This document shows positions 13,774-25,527 of a stretch of 64,000 nucleotides of DNA, piece after piece. A program made the translations under genes and the position numbers. Origin of the DNA: Cenococcum geophilum (lineage: Eukaryota); the NCBI GenBank assembly GCA_050273025.1, contig CP158636.1, forward strand, positions 620,001 to 684,000. The letters are read 5' to 3'. Numbering within the stretch: the stretch's first letter is position 1; each line of letters starts with the position of its first letter. Under the pieces are notes generated by a model. The model was given only the letters and a program-made list of their open reading frames with translations, searched no databases and had not been told where the DNA came from.

Positions 13774-15204
13774 CTACCTCCTGCCCAAATCCACATCTAA
13801 GACGCACCTCATTCTCTCGCTACCCTCTCTACCTGGCCCTTCCAATCCAAAAAAAGGCTTGACTGCCACATCCACAACCTCCCCAAACAGCCCGCCCACT
13901 AAATCTCTCAGCCCCTCTCCTGTCTGTCTAAAATCTGGAAATGCATTGACTTCCAGCAAATACGTCGTCACCTCTTGACCCTCTAGTTCTTGAGCGATGA
14001 GAAAGTCCAGCCCAAAGAGTTCGAAGGCGTTTGGTAAGGGCTGGAAATGCACCATCATGCCTCTAGCAGCAGCCTCGAAAACTTCGCTGGTTACTGAACA
14101 GATCTGGTTCCAGACGTTGTCCTTCCATGTTTCCACGCGCTCGCCCTTCGGTTTCACCTTAGCGTGTACACCAGCGTCCTCATTGGGTAGGACATCAGGT
14201 AGCGACCAAAATAGCTCCACGCTACCGTCTCTTTCACCCGTCTCTTGCAGACATGTATTCGTGAGATGCGCCTTAAGTCCTTTTTCATCATTCCCAACCT
14301 CCCATGGCGCTGCATATGCTCGTGCAGCGAACAGCGCTAGCATCGGCTTGTAGACAAACACCCGAAGAGCGCCCACAGCAAGGACGTATGTGCGGATATG
14401 GAACTTACGGAGCCCTAACGGGTTTGGGTCCAAACTAGTTGAGAGCAAGAGAGGAGGGTGGATATATGGCTGGACGATGAAATGGCGAAGGTGCGATGTA
14501 GCGATATAGTCTTTCTCATTTGAATCCCACTCGTTGCTAGTCTGCCCTTTGGATCCAGAGTTTGCATCTTCACTCGCAGCAGTCTCCTCATCTTCGCTCT
14601 CTTCCTCTGAATCGGGCGCATCAGCCTCCCACCCCTCAAAAATCTGAAGCAATTCCTCCTCTGTGCTAAATAACCTAATTCCCTGTCCTCGATCGCTCAT
14701 ACCCGGCTTTAGAATCCACCATTCCCTCTCCTTCTTCCCCTTGCCTTCATTACGCTCGAAGCTATCTTTAAGTTCATATGCCTCAACTAGCGCCTCATCT
14801 AGGAACTCAGCGTAGTCAACCTCAAAGTCAACTGCTGGCTTCACGCACTTCTTTAGCACACTGCCGGAGTTTTTAGTAACCCAATTCGCAATAGTGGTAG
14901 AAAGGTAGTGCTTTCTAATCAGCGCTTTCCGAATAATATAAGCGTTGCAGATCGACGTGTCAGGATGGTCAAGCAGATGATCAAATTCTAGTGATTCGTA
15001 GGAACGGAATTGTAGGAGCGGGGCGGACGGAGTTGGCAAATCGGATAGGGAGTCTATAAGCATGTACGAGGATGATGAGAGCTTAGCCGAGAGTGCGGAG
15101 AGTATTAGAGGTTGGACGTAGGGATCCTCATATTGAATTATGGAGTATATCTTCATAGCTGAAGGTAGGGAAACGGTGACGTTTGGTTTTGCGGATAATG
15201 CCAT
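13774..15204 (-). CDS. Tubulin-tyrosine ligase family (Pby1-like) ATP-grasp protein; start may be the internal MKIYS
   Basis: RKALIRKHYL, WILKPGMSDRGQGI, RKFHIRTYVL, AHLTNTCLQ, FELFGLDF, LLEVNAFPDF. Confidence 0.88.
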   Translation of the reverse strand: MALSAKPNVTVSLPSAMKIYSIIQYEDPYVQPLILSALSAKLSSSSYMLIDSLSDLPTPSAPLLQFRSYESLEFDHLLDHPDTSICNAYIIRKALIRKHYLSTTIANWVTKNSGSVLKKCVKPAVDFEVDYAEFLDEALVEAYELKDSFERNEGKGKKEREWWILKPGMSDRGQGIRLFSTEEELLQIFEGWEADAPDSEEESEDEETAASEDANSGSKGQTSNEWDSNEKDYIATSHLRHFIVQPYIHPPLLLSTSLDPNPLGLRKFHIRTYVLAVGALRVFVYKPMLALFAARAYAAPWEVGNDEKGLKAHLTNTCLQETGERDGSVELFWSLPDVLPNEDAGVHAKVKPKGERVETWKDNVWNQICSVTSEVFEAAARGMMVHFQPLPNAFELFGLDFLIAQELEGQEVTTYLLEVNAFPDFRQTGEGLRDLVGGLFGEVVDVAVKPFFGLEGPGREGSERMRCVLDVDLGRR

Positions 15205-15650
15205 ACTGGATAAATGGATAAAGCCAAGGCGATATAGGGGAAGTAAAATATCCTTTTTGTCGGAGAATCATCAGTAGATGACTAAGAAAAAGGTATTAGT
15301 TACTCTGAGTAGTCAGGCTAATGGAGAGAAAGGAATGTCGAAATAGAGATGTCAAATATGAAGCTGCCAATAACCGCTTGTCACTATCGATTTAAATAGA
15401 TCGATTTGAATGCAGTAGAAAGGGCATTTCTGGATTCTTTTGGAGTGACCCTCTCCAAGGTTAAGACCATATCTCGTGTGATTTTCTATTTGAAGAAGCA
15501 AAATTTCGAGTCCCAGAGTTTCGGCGGAGAAACTTTCATCCACACCTGGGTATCCTTTGAGGTTCGAGGGGATCGCCCTGCAGTCCTGAACCCCCAAACC
15601 ATCCGTAACCAAGGTCCCATACCACAATACCTGAACACCAGTTGAGCACT

Positions 15651-18147
15651 TCAAATGATATCCAATCCGTCATCATCATCCTCGTCCATAGCTGCCAGTA
15701 ACCCTACATCAAGACCACCTAGGCTGTCTCTGCCTGGCTCTCTGATGCCTTTCTCAGCGAGCATAAATCTTGCCCTTTTCTTCGTCGGACTCGTCTCTCT
15801 CTGCTCTTGTTTCTTCGGACTTAACAAACCCTTTTTGAATGCGCCACTCCAACCCACTGGCTCACTTGCAGTGACCTTACCTCCACCTCTTTTTCTCTTG
15901 ACAGGGCTTAACGAGACATCACCGGCCTTCCGTCCCAAAAGTCCCAAAGCCGTTCCATCTATGCCACTTTCCTTCTCCTTGTCCATACTTAATACCTCTC
16001 TTCCACTCGCTTCTCCGCCAGCAGGTAAATTAGGCGTGTCTGAACCCTTTAGTCTCATGTACTCACTACCCATTCCTTTCCCCACCTCCCCTAACTTTCT
16101 TGCTAATTCTCTCTCCTTCTCCTTTTCTGCCAGTCGTCTCCTATGCAACTCCGCACGACTAAAACCCCTCTCATATGCGTCATCATTATCGAGAAGCTGC
16201 GCTACACTTCGAGTGCCAGGTGCAATATAAACCGTCTCGTGAAGGTACTTGTCGTGGTACCTGCCAGCTCCGGGCGTCCCATCATTCTTCGAGTTTCCAC
16301 TACCACCACCACCTCTTCCGCAAAACATGCCATAGCCACCGCCTCTACCCCTGCTAGCGGGATCTTTTCCAAAACCCGTCATAGTATTTACTTCCATTCT
16401 CCCCCTCTTACTCTTCTCGACTTGTAACGAGACGTGGAAATCGCAATACTCGGTTTTCCTACTATCAATCCATTGGCCACACTCCTTTCCATCCCTTTTT
16501 ACAGCCTTGCAAAATCCTAAATCTCTTGCCCCACCAATTTCAAGGACAGTGTCTTCGCTGCTTGTTAATTTCAACGAAAATTGCCCTGAGTCACGGTTGT
16601 GTGGAGGCAAGATGTCTGGATTAAGGACCGCAATGACAGTGCCCACGGATAATTTCCAGAAGGCGGAGAAGCCGGTGTCAAAGAGGTAAAGGTTGACCTC
16701 CCACTTTAAATCTGTAAGTTTCAAAACCATGAACTTATCAGGACCCTTGGTGTCGTCATCGGGGTCTCCAGTGGAATTAGTACGGCGTACATTTTTGGGA
16801 GTCAATGGAGATGATTTAGAAGCGATGATACCGAGGACGACATAGTCACTTTCAACATCTGGCGCATCATAGTTAGGCGACTTCACGGTTTTAAGGAGTT
16901 TGGGAATTGTGAATATGTCTTTAGAGTCGAGAGTCCGGGTTAGAGTATTGTGTGGAATGAGTCGTTTAGATAAATGGAACCCAGAAAAGGTCTCAAAGAT
17001 GGTGGTCGCTTCTAAAGGCGCTTCATCACTGTTTGATGGAGTTCCGGTAGGTTCAGTTGAAGCCGCAGAGTTATGATTTCGAAGGGTGCTAGTGGAAAAT
17101 TTGGAGAGAGAAGATTTCGCTGTCGCGTGAGAAGTTTCCGATCGTGCGGAGAGAGTCCATGGGCTCCTCGGAGTATGCGCAGTCTCTAAGTTGGCTAGAG
17201 AGCGGCTTTTTTGGAGAGGCTGCGGGGTGGCTTTCTTCATTGAGGGTAGCATAACCGTCGTCTCCAAATTTCCCATCAAACTTGACCCGGATGAAAGTGA
17301 TGATGCCGCACGAGAGCTCGCTCCATCTTGGGATGATTCTGAGGCCCTTGCAACAAAACCAAACCCACGGCTCCGAGCTTTCTGTATTCTTGATTCTTTC
17401 TGCTGTCGCTCTCTATCACTAAGCCGGCTTTCCGCAATGCGCTCACTAAACGTTTTTCCTCGCGGAGTAGATGTTCCAGTTTCTGTAACTTGCCCGGTCC
17501 CAGAACCCTGTTGCGATCTGGAGGCCGAGAGCGTACCCGATCCATTTTGGCTTCGTGCATGAAATCTCGGGGCCCTCTTCAAAGAGACGTCTTGCGCTCT
17601 CAATCCTTTGTCAATACCCAACACCACTCGCGCAGGCGATTTAGGAGCTTGCGGCGCTCTCTTGACATGAACTGGTGAAACTGGTACCTGGACTCCAGAT
17701 TGTGGGCGAGGAAGGTCGACTTTCCGTAAACTGGCCGCTGTGCTCGCTCTTGAAGATATTCGTGCACTGCCATTATCACTATCCTGGTCTGCCAGTTGCT
17801 TTGCCTTCGCTTGCCGCAGTTTTTTTAGCTTCAATCGTGCTTCGATGGCTTTAAGCTGGAGCTCCAATGTTTCCTCATCCTCATCCTCATCCTCATCGCT
17901 AGATGAGATCTGCGCTCTTGATCCAGGTCTCTTCACAGAGGACAGCCTTCGAATTGGAGATGGTGAGGGGGAGTCTCGGTCACGCCGGCTTTGTAGCCCC
18001 CTCCTGCCACTAGGGGAGCTAAGTAGTGCTTCGTGAGGTGATTTTGGGGGCCAGTTTGGTTCCTTGGAGGGTACTGAAATAACTGGTCAGATCATGTTCA
18101 CAGAGCAGAAAGTAGGCACATATAGCGACAAAAGTACCAGCAGACAT
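15651..18147 (-). CDS. MCM10: DNA replication factor Mcm10/Cdc23, short first exon
   Basis: N-terminal WPPKSPHEALLSSPSGR, OB-fold (FMVLKLTDLKW..VIAVLNP), CCCH finger DLGFCKAVKRDGKECGQWID..YCDFH. Confidence 0.9.
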
Positions 18148-18558
18148 AGCGGACTTCCTCAATATCATAACAGTGCGGTCTTACGGATTAGCAGCTGAGT
18201 ATACGCCGTTGATGTCGATGGCGCTACTGCTGCTTTGCCCATATCTGGCCAAAATTAAAATTTGGAAGGCGCTCGCGCTCCTGAAAGGTCCAATGCTATT
18301 GCAAGATCAGGTTCAAGATTCGTTGGGCGCGTATACGGGCAGGATAAGCTGCACGCTGTGTTTTTGCTGTCGGCGGATTATTCTGAAACGAAGCGAGTCC
18401 TGGGGAGACGCGCCTTCGACTTCGACAGACGCGTCTCGACCACGCCTAACCAGTCCCGAGTTCTAATATACCGCCAAACGCTGCTCAATCCCTTAACAAC
18501 TGTTCCAGTCGCATAATCCTGTATTTTCATAAAAGAGAACAACTTGCTCTGAGTAACA
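18148..18558. promoter_or_regulatory. Bidirectional MCM10/RNH202 promoter with MCB-like elements
   Basis: ACGCGT at 18429-18434, ACGCG at 18408-18412, CGCGT at 18328-18332. Confidence 0.55.
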
Positions 18559-19986
18559 ATGGCAAAAACTCGCTCCAAACCAGCCGCCAAAGACCCAATC
18601 CCCGATCCAACCTCCGCTGCTCCCGCCCCTTTACCTCCCAGCGCTATCAATCCTCCCAAACTATTCATATTACCCACAGAGGCGTCGCCCGCATCGCGGA
18701 TTGTAACACTGTCAAACCCTGCGACCGCTTCTCCAAACCGATATTTCTTCTGTCCCGAAACCGGATTTTATGAGTTCACCAAGATTGCTGCACCTAAGAA
18801 GGCGCCCCGGAGCTGGCTATTAGCACCACATAAAGCTGTTGGAGATGGGCCGTGTGAAACAATATCTCCTTCAGAAGACCCAAGCAATCAGAGGACAGGC
18901 AATTCGGACAAGCATGACTCCAGAGAGAAACTACCAGACACCCCCTCAATATCAAAAGGCTATATCACGAAGTCAGCAGACTTGTTCATTGCCACACCTC
19001 TCGATATAGTTTTCCTTATTCTCCCAGCGCTCTCGCCTATCTCTTCAACCTCCAGAGAATCACAGAAGCAGCTATTCCTCTCTCTAGACGACCATCTTGA
19101 CACCCTCAGTGCCACATCTCCACATATCAAGCGACTCTTACGTCATTCTCAGCTCCAAGATAGGATATCAAGGCGTATGGCGGCCATCTGCGACATAGTT
19201 GATGCTGGAGACGAGAAGATGTATAGGCTATCCCAACAGAAACTCCTTGCCATGTTGCTCTCCAAAGCTGAAAGGATGGCAACAGAAGGATTGCCAGCGT
19301 CTATGGAAGAAAAATATGTACGCGCGGTGCTAGAAGTTCCTATAATGAGTGTAAAACGAGAAACAAGCGATCTCGACAACGCCACAGAAACAGCGCCAGT
19401 TCCTGTTAGTGAAGGCGAGAAGCCTACAGAATATCAATCACAGTCCTCAGCACAGTCGCCTGGCACCACAACTCCCTCGACCGCTATAAATGACTCCCAG
19501 GCTTCTACCACCTCCATCTCTACGGCCGCGTCTAGCCTTGCTCTCTCAACTCCACCTGAGATAGCTTTGTCAAAACCGTCTATCACAGCACCAGAAGATA
19601 TACCCTATCTCCTCCGCATACGCACAGCTCTCACTTTCATCTTCTCTTCATACATACCCCCTCACCTCCACAAGCAACTACAAACACTGCTCCAGGATAT
19701 CAAATCCCCTGATTTTTGGCCCCTTGATGCACACCTCTCCCATATCGCATCTATGCGCAGCCAAGCACAAGCGCTGCGTTCACTTTCCGACAGTATCAGT
19801 CGAAAACGTGGCTTTGAGGGCGATGATGAAGCGGCCGAGGCTCGAGCTGAGAAGAAGCGCAAGAAAGAAGAGGATGAGAAGAGGAAGAAAAATGAGAGTA
19901 GAGGAATCAAGCAGCTCAAGAAAGTCGACACTACTGGGATGAAAAAGTTGAGCACGTTCTTTGGGAAAGCTGGGAATAAAAAATAA
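18559..19986 (+). CDS. RNH202: Ribonuclease H2 subunit B (Ydr279p family)
   Basis: FYEFTKI..PRSWL, LFIATPLD.VFLILPAL, GLPASMEEK, C-terminal PIP-box-like TTGMKKLSTFF. Confidence 0.85.
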   Translation: MAKTRSKPAAKDPIPDPTSAAPAPLPPSAINPPKLFILPTEASPASRIVTLSNPATASPNRYFFCPETGFYEFTKIAAPKKAPRSWLLAPHKAVGDGPCETISPSEDPSNQRTGNSDKHDSREKLPDTPSISKGYITKSADLFIATPLDIVFLILPALSPISSTSRESQKQLFLSLDDHLDTLSATSPHIKRLLRHSQLQDRISRRMAAICDIVDAGDEKMYRLSQQKLLAMLLSKAERMATEGLPASMEEKYVRAVLEVPIMSVKRETSDLDNATETAPVPVSEGEKPTEYQSQSSAQSPGTTTPSTAINDSQASTTSISTAASSLALSTPPEIALSKPSITAPEDIPYLLRIRTALTFIFSSYIPPHLHKQLQTLLQDIKSPDFWPLDAHLSHIASMRSQAQALRSLSDSISRKRGFEGDDEAAEARAEKKRKKEEDEKRKKNESRGIKQLKKVDTTGMKKLSTFFGKAGNKK

Positions 19987-20722
19987 CATAGCGGTTTTTC
20001 AGCCATAATTGCTATTACGTCGCTCTGCAGGAGACGAACCCGTGGTCAGTCAGGCCTTAGGGGGAAAATAACATGACTGTGCTGGGCTGAGCTATTCCAG
20101 CCATCGCCGGTCGCTCCCCAATGCACACAGCCATCCGGAGCATCCCTTGGTACTCTGCTCCTTTGAACTGTGGGCTAAACCAAGACGAGCCGTCCGTACG
20201 TAAAAGCCAGGGACGAGCCGGTTGACTGCATGTGAGTGAGCTTGATTGTGAGGATGGGAGCTATCGATCGTATTGCAAAGGATCAGTGTAGGGGATATCA
20301 CACCACTCATGACTTTACGGAGAAATCCCACCATATATACACTGTAGTCTATTAGGGAATTTGTTCTATGAGAATGTTGACATTTGTTTTACCAAATTTT
20401 AACTTTGCGCCTTTGAGCTTATACATGCAGTTTTCACTTGCGCCATTCTGTATTCTTCAATCAATCATTGTATTAGTATTGCTATTGATGAACATCAGCC
20501 CGGAATAGCAGGTAAAGTCTTTAATAGATAACTAGTCACTCATACCAGAACAGAAACATTCTGGGCCGCAGAATTCACAAATCCAGCGGTCGCAAACATG
20601 GCCAGACAGGAAAGCCGTCTAACATTGTAACACGACACGGGGATAGTACAAATTTGACACGATCTCAGGGGAAGGCTTTAGTGTTCTAACGGCGGGCGAG
20701 TAGGAAAGGTTCTCAGGGCAGT

Positions 20723-21465
20723 CTAGCCCCAGATCAACACTCTTCCCCCGTCTTCCATGAGGAAAGAATTGCCGATAACCAGTCCAGAATATTGTTCATT
20801 AGAGGCTAGGCATGTAGTCGAGGCGCATATATCACCTCGCAAAATGCCGCCCACTTTAGCTAAAATCGCCCTCTTGAACACATCCTTCTTATCGTCCCGT
20901 TGGTTCTCAAAATTCTTAACTGCTGCCCCTAGCCGCTTTGTCCTGAGAACGACCACACTCACCATCTTGAACATCTCGACGCCCGGCGGTCGTGAGTAGC
21001 TACAGGAGCCATAATCCTTCGCGAGGCGCGCAAACGTAGTCACTATATCTGAAGTCTCGATAAGAGCTTTCTACTCAGTTTCGCTAGTATCGAATTCAAG
21101 GTCTTTAGCAAGCTCCTGAAGCAACCGTTTAATTTTGCTCGCCAAGTGCTTCATTCCCAGTGCACTCGCAGCAAGTACCATTCGACCCTTCAGGAACCTC
21201 AAGTGGAACGTAAGCAAGCACGCCAGCGGCTGAATGGAAACCATGAAAGAATCTACGGCGCCACATACGATCTGCCGCTAGAGCAAGCTAAGCATTGCAT
21301 CGGCTTTATCACACGCTTTGCGATGGTTACGGCCTCAAGGTCAAGCCCGGTCGGAAGACAACAAGAGCCGCCGCTCGGGGCATTGTTGCAAGCAGATGGA
21401 GAGAGGGAGAAATCATACCCAGTATGGCCGCAGCTAAAAAATGTGAGAGTAAAGCAACACATTAC
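20723..21465 (-). pseudogene. Possible small Cys-rich (MC....F.CGH) gene with an in-frame stop
   Basis: MCCFTLTFFSCGH N-terminus; a downstream open frame (LGMKHLASKIKRLLQELAKDLEFDTSETE*KALIET..) joins ORF 20723-21043 across one TAG. Confidence 0.3.
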
Positions 21466-22030
21466 TTCTTGAGATAAAAGCAAGCTAGGGAATTAGAGAA
21501 ATTCATACTAAACCGAGGAATACTTATACTACACCCATCTCCCTCCGACGTTCAGTGTCAAATACGACTCTCGTGAATATGGACAAGGACAATGACACTA
21601 AGACAGCCAAGGGGTAACACAAGATGACAAAGAATTCTTTGTTCCAGAACAGAGTCCGCGGACTATCAACGATTCGGCGTTCAATTTTCAGTCGCGGTGA
21701 GGACTAACGCTTAGAGAAAAACTCTGGAGAAACTATGATACCAATATTGCAGCAAAGCTTTTTTAGATCCTAACAGTACCGAATACCCAGCGTAAAGCGC
21801 CCCAAGGTCTTAATGGAACGGTTCGAGTTTCGGCCGGCTCATGAGAGTATTTTGTAGCTTCCAAAACGATTTGAGGACGCCACAGTTTTCAATCATGATG
21901 GACATCGAACAACATGGGTATCATTATTCATCGCTTTTCGTAAGTAGCTGGTGCAACTAGGAGAAAACAGGGCCTGGCGTAGCTTATTTCCACCAAGTAT
22001 TTTGGAAATCATGCCGTTTTGCTCCAGGTC

Positions 22031-22852
22031 TCAACCTAGTCCTCGACCACGCCCTCTTAGTCCACGTCCGATGCCACTTCCACCCCTACTGCCTGCAGTA
22101 CTCCCCCCCCTTGCAGCACCTCGCCCACCTTGACCTCCAACACTAACATATCCACTACTACTCGCTGTCACGCTTCCTCTTGTACCTCGTCCCCTACCCC
22201 TACCTTTAGTGCCCGGTTTCGCAGCCGCCTCCTGCCTTCTCCTCTCTTCGGCCTCGGCTTTCCGTGCTGCTGCTTCTCTTCTAGCTTGCTCTTCTATTTC
22301 ACGTCGCTCAGCGGCATGCTGACGTTGTATGGCTTCGTTTTCGATATCGGCAAGATCTTGGGTTGCGCCCTGCCAGGAGCTGTTGAGAATTAGGCGATGA
22401 TTATGCTCCGTCTGCGAAAGGATACGGGTCCAGGTTTGAAGCAGAGTGGAAGCATTATGAACGGTACGTGAGACAGTCTGAGTTGAGGTAAGAATTAGAT
22501 GGCGCATATTCAAAGCAAAGGGAGCAAAAGAACTCAGCAACAAGAGAACAGTTAATGTATAATTTCTTACATCCATATTGTTCTTTGCTTTTTGCAGGCT
22601 TTCAACTACGTCTTCTATGACCTTATTGACGTTTCGAACACTATCTAGCTCTTTTCGCAAGGCAGCATTACGGGCTTCCTCAGTGCTGTAGCGGGACTCT
22701 ACAGGACGCGTTTTTGAGGGCGCAGAGCCCTCTGAAGACGTGGTATTGGCATTTGCATCCTTGGATTTCTTCTTTCGCGTCGCTGGAGAATCAAATAACG
22801 CGTCCGTGTCAGAGTCCGAGCGAGTTAAATCGTCGATACTAGGATTGTCCAT
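22031..22852 (-). CDS. DUO1: DASH/Dam1 complex subunit Duo1, intron 22478-22570
   Basis: LRKELDSVRNVNKVIE..TVHNASTLLQTWTRILSQTEHNHRLILNSSWQGA; RG-rich tail. Confidence 0.88.
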   Translation of the reverse strand: MDNPSIDDLTRSDSDTDALFDSPATRKKKSKDANANTTSSEGSAPSKTRPVESRYSTEEARNAALRKELDSVRNVNKVIEDVVESLQKAKNNMDVRNYTLTVLLLLSSFAPFALNMRHLILTSTQTVSRTVHNASTLLQTWTRILSQTEHNHRLILNSSWQGATQDLADIENEAIQRQHAAERREIEEQARREAAARKAEAEERRRQEAAAKPGTKGRGRGRGTRGSVTASSSGYVSVGGQGGRGAARGGSTAGSRGGSGIGRGLRGRGRGLG

Positions 22853-23334
22853 GGTGGGGAGGAATTGAAGGCGTTGATATCGTCGGCAGGCACTAAAAAA
22901 CAATTGTTTATGTATACGCGAGATTAATTGCCCGGGCTTCTCGAGCGGTGATGATGTGGCTCTTGATGTGGCTCTCTTTCCCCCTCCCTGCAGGGCGTTC
23001 AGCCTCCTTCCGACCAACCAGCCACCTGCTTTCGCCAACAACATCAACCGCATCGACCACAACCTCAACCTCCAGCTTTCTTTTGTTCACACCCCCATCG
23101 CCATCACCACCACAACAACACCATCCACTGCAAATCTACATTATTATTCTGCCTCAGGGTACTGCTCAAAGCCGTTCTACCGTCGCATTGCTGTTGTCAT
23201 TTGCACAATTCGCCTTGTTTTGGTGTCGAATCACACTATTCACCACTGGTTCCTGAGCCGACTTCGTGGCCTCGATTGCAACCTCTCTCACCATCCAGAC
23301 GGGCAAGTGAAGTAGTCTGCTTCACCTCGCCAAA

Positions 23335-24867
23335 ATGGCAACTACTCCACCACCTCCAGCGCGTGCCCACACTCCGCCAACTCCTCTCCACGGCGCACGG
23401 TACGACGCCTACGAGCCCTATTCTCCTCGTCGATCTAGCCGCGTAGCTGCGCAGCGCAAGCATTATTCACAGCAGCAACTTACAACCGAAGATACTCCAC
23501 CGAAGATACTCCGCTCTCCCCGGACTGCTCGCGCCTCTACACCGACCAGTTCGCGAAAACAAACATTGACCCGCACGTCCAGCCAAACTTTCTCTCCTCC
23601 CTCCTCTCCGTCGTCACCAATCAAGCACTCAACAGCCAAGAGCCCGAGATCAGGGACTCGCCGACGCGTCTCAAACGGTCACAGGCAGCAACTTCCTGCT
23701 TCTGCTGCTCTTGACTCGGATTCTGACAACATCGCGACATCAGCCTCACACCGTCTACCAACATTTGACCCACGAGCCATGCTCCCAACCCCCGCAAAGA
23801 CTCCTCGCAAACGCGCAATTCAATCCCAAGCTACTCTAAGCTCCACGGCTCGCGTACTGTTCCTCAATCGTCCGGCAAATATTGACGATGCTATGCCCTC
23901 GCCACGCAAATCGCGCAAAAACAAGAAGCATTCCGCATTCACTCTTCAGAGCTTTGCCGAAGAGGCTGAGGATGAAGGTAGCTCTAGCAAAATTGAGATC
24001 TATACCGATTCCAAAGAGCGGGTACCGGACCCTGACCAAGACGAAGATAACCCATTCGTCACATCCAAGAAGAACGGCAAGGCGAGATTGAATGGCGTGC
24101 CGGAGCTCAAGCGACGAAAAGTCGACGAGCGGACGGCACGGATGGAGGAAGCAGCGCGAAATGAGGAGGGAATGATCTATGTCTTGTAAGCTACCTTTCC
24201 CTTCTCCCATGTATTCAAACAACCACTAACACGCCGAAGCCGAGGTCGTAAGATCTTCCGCAAATTCAATGACGGTCCCCCATCCACCTCCTCGGACGAT
24301 GCCCACCTCTCCGAACAAGAAACTCGTCGCAGAGCTGGCGCCGACGTTCATCGCCCTTTTACCCGCTCATCCATCAAGCCGCGCTTGCTCTTCCCTAATG
24401 AAAATCAGGGTCGTGAGCGTGAGCTTGCAGCTGATGAGGCCGACGAGGAGGCCCTGACTGATATCGAGGTTCCAGTCCCCAGCCCCGCCGGAAAGAGAAA
24501 TGGGAAGGCCGACGAAGCAATCACGCCCGTCAAGCAAAATTTCCGTCCCGCGACCCCGCCATCTACAGAGCGTGTCAAGCGAGGCCGGAAGAAGGACGTG
24601 AATGATCTTCTCCATGCTGCTAGTGCGATGGATATAGATGAGCGCGTTAATCCCCAGGAAGAGGAGCTGCAGACGCCTCCACTTCCGCCAACCCGTAGGA
24701 AGAAGAACAGCCCGTTTGATTCATGGCAGCGTGTTAAGCCCACTTCTAGACTTGCCACTGGAAAAGGAACGAAGAGGGAGGGCGAGGCATTGGACAGGCA
24801 AGGCGAGGGGAAGAGGAGCAGGAATGGGATGCATGCCGCGTCTGGGTCTGGGCCTGCGGACGTGTAG
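23335..24867 (+). CDS. S/T-P-rich protein, Rum1/Sic1-like CDK inhibitor candidate, intron 24186-24239
   Basis: Spliced product contains LPTPAKTPRK, EDNPF, EGMIYVFRGRKIFRKF and SIKPRLLF in that order. Confidence 0.7.
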
Positions 24868-25527
24868 TGGTTAAAGAGGCGTCGAGGCGTCGAAACCATG
24901 ACGCATGAATAGTCACGATTATGACAGCTTTCTCTTTATTCGCGCATCGTAGGGTTTGTCTATGATGGGTGCAAGGGCTTCGGGTTTTAGTATTTTGGTG
25001 GGTACTGTTGGATCTTTAGCCACCGGGCTTGGAGTTTCGCAGGTCAAGAGGCTTGAGTTTGATATCCATCAGCGTCTTGGTTCTGTGTCAAGCTTTGTCA
25101 AGTTGACATGCTATGCTATTCGAACTATGCGACTGGGGCGCGTTTATAGCATCAACTTCAAGGTCCTGTAGTTGCTTAGAACTCAATTTAGGGAGAGTTA
25201 TCGGCCTTGGTGCTGCACGATCTGCCACTTTCACGGGCAAATAATACAATTAATTTTTAAAAATCCCGACTGTTTGTAGTCTAAAAAATAAGCCTCATTT
25301 GAATTTGCGACACCTGAGTTTAAAGCAAGCGCCGCGAGGATATCTTCTAAGGTCGATACCAAAGTCCAAGGGGATCTGACGCGAAGTCCGAAGGTCTGAG
25401 TAAAATACCTAGTAAATGCCACAATAACCCCCTACCACCTACCAAGCCCTCTAACCGAGCCATTTGATACATAGGCAAACCGGCAATATATGCAAGTAAC
25501 CCTATTCAAACCGGTTTTTCTCAAATA

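Noticed and set aside
20040..20340. Possible structured ncRNA (small hairpins such as ggagca..tgctcc)
   Set aside because: No recognisable snRNA, snoRNA or RNase P/MRP motifs; would need an Rfam/Infernal scan.
22853..23068. N-terminal extensions in the ORF track (DUO1, 44725 ORF, DEF1 to 44902, AKR from 57504)
   Set aside because: They start at non-ATG or poorly supported codons in promoter DNA; family-like sequence begins at downstream ATGs.
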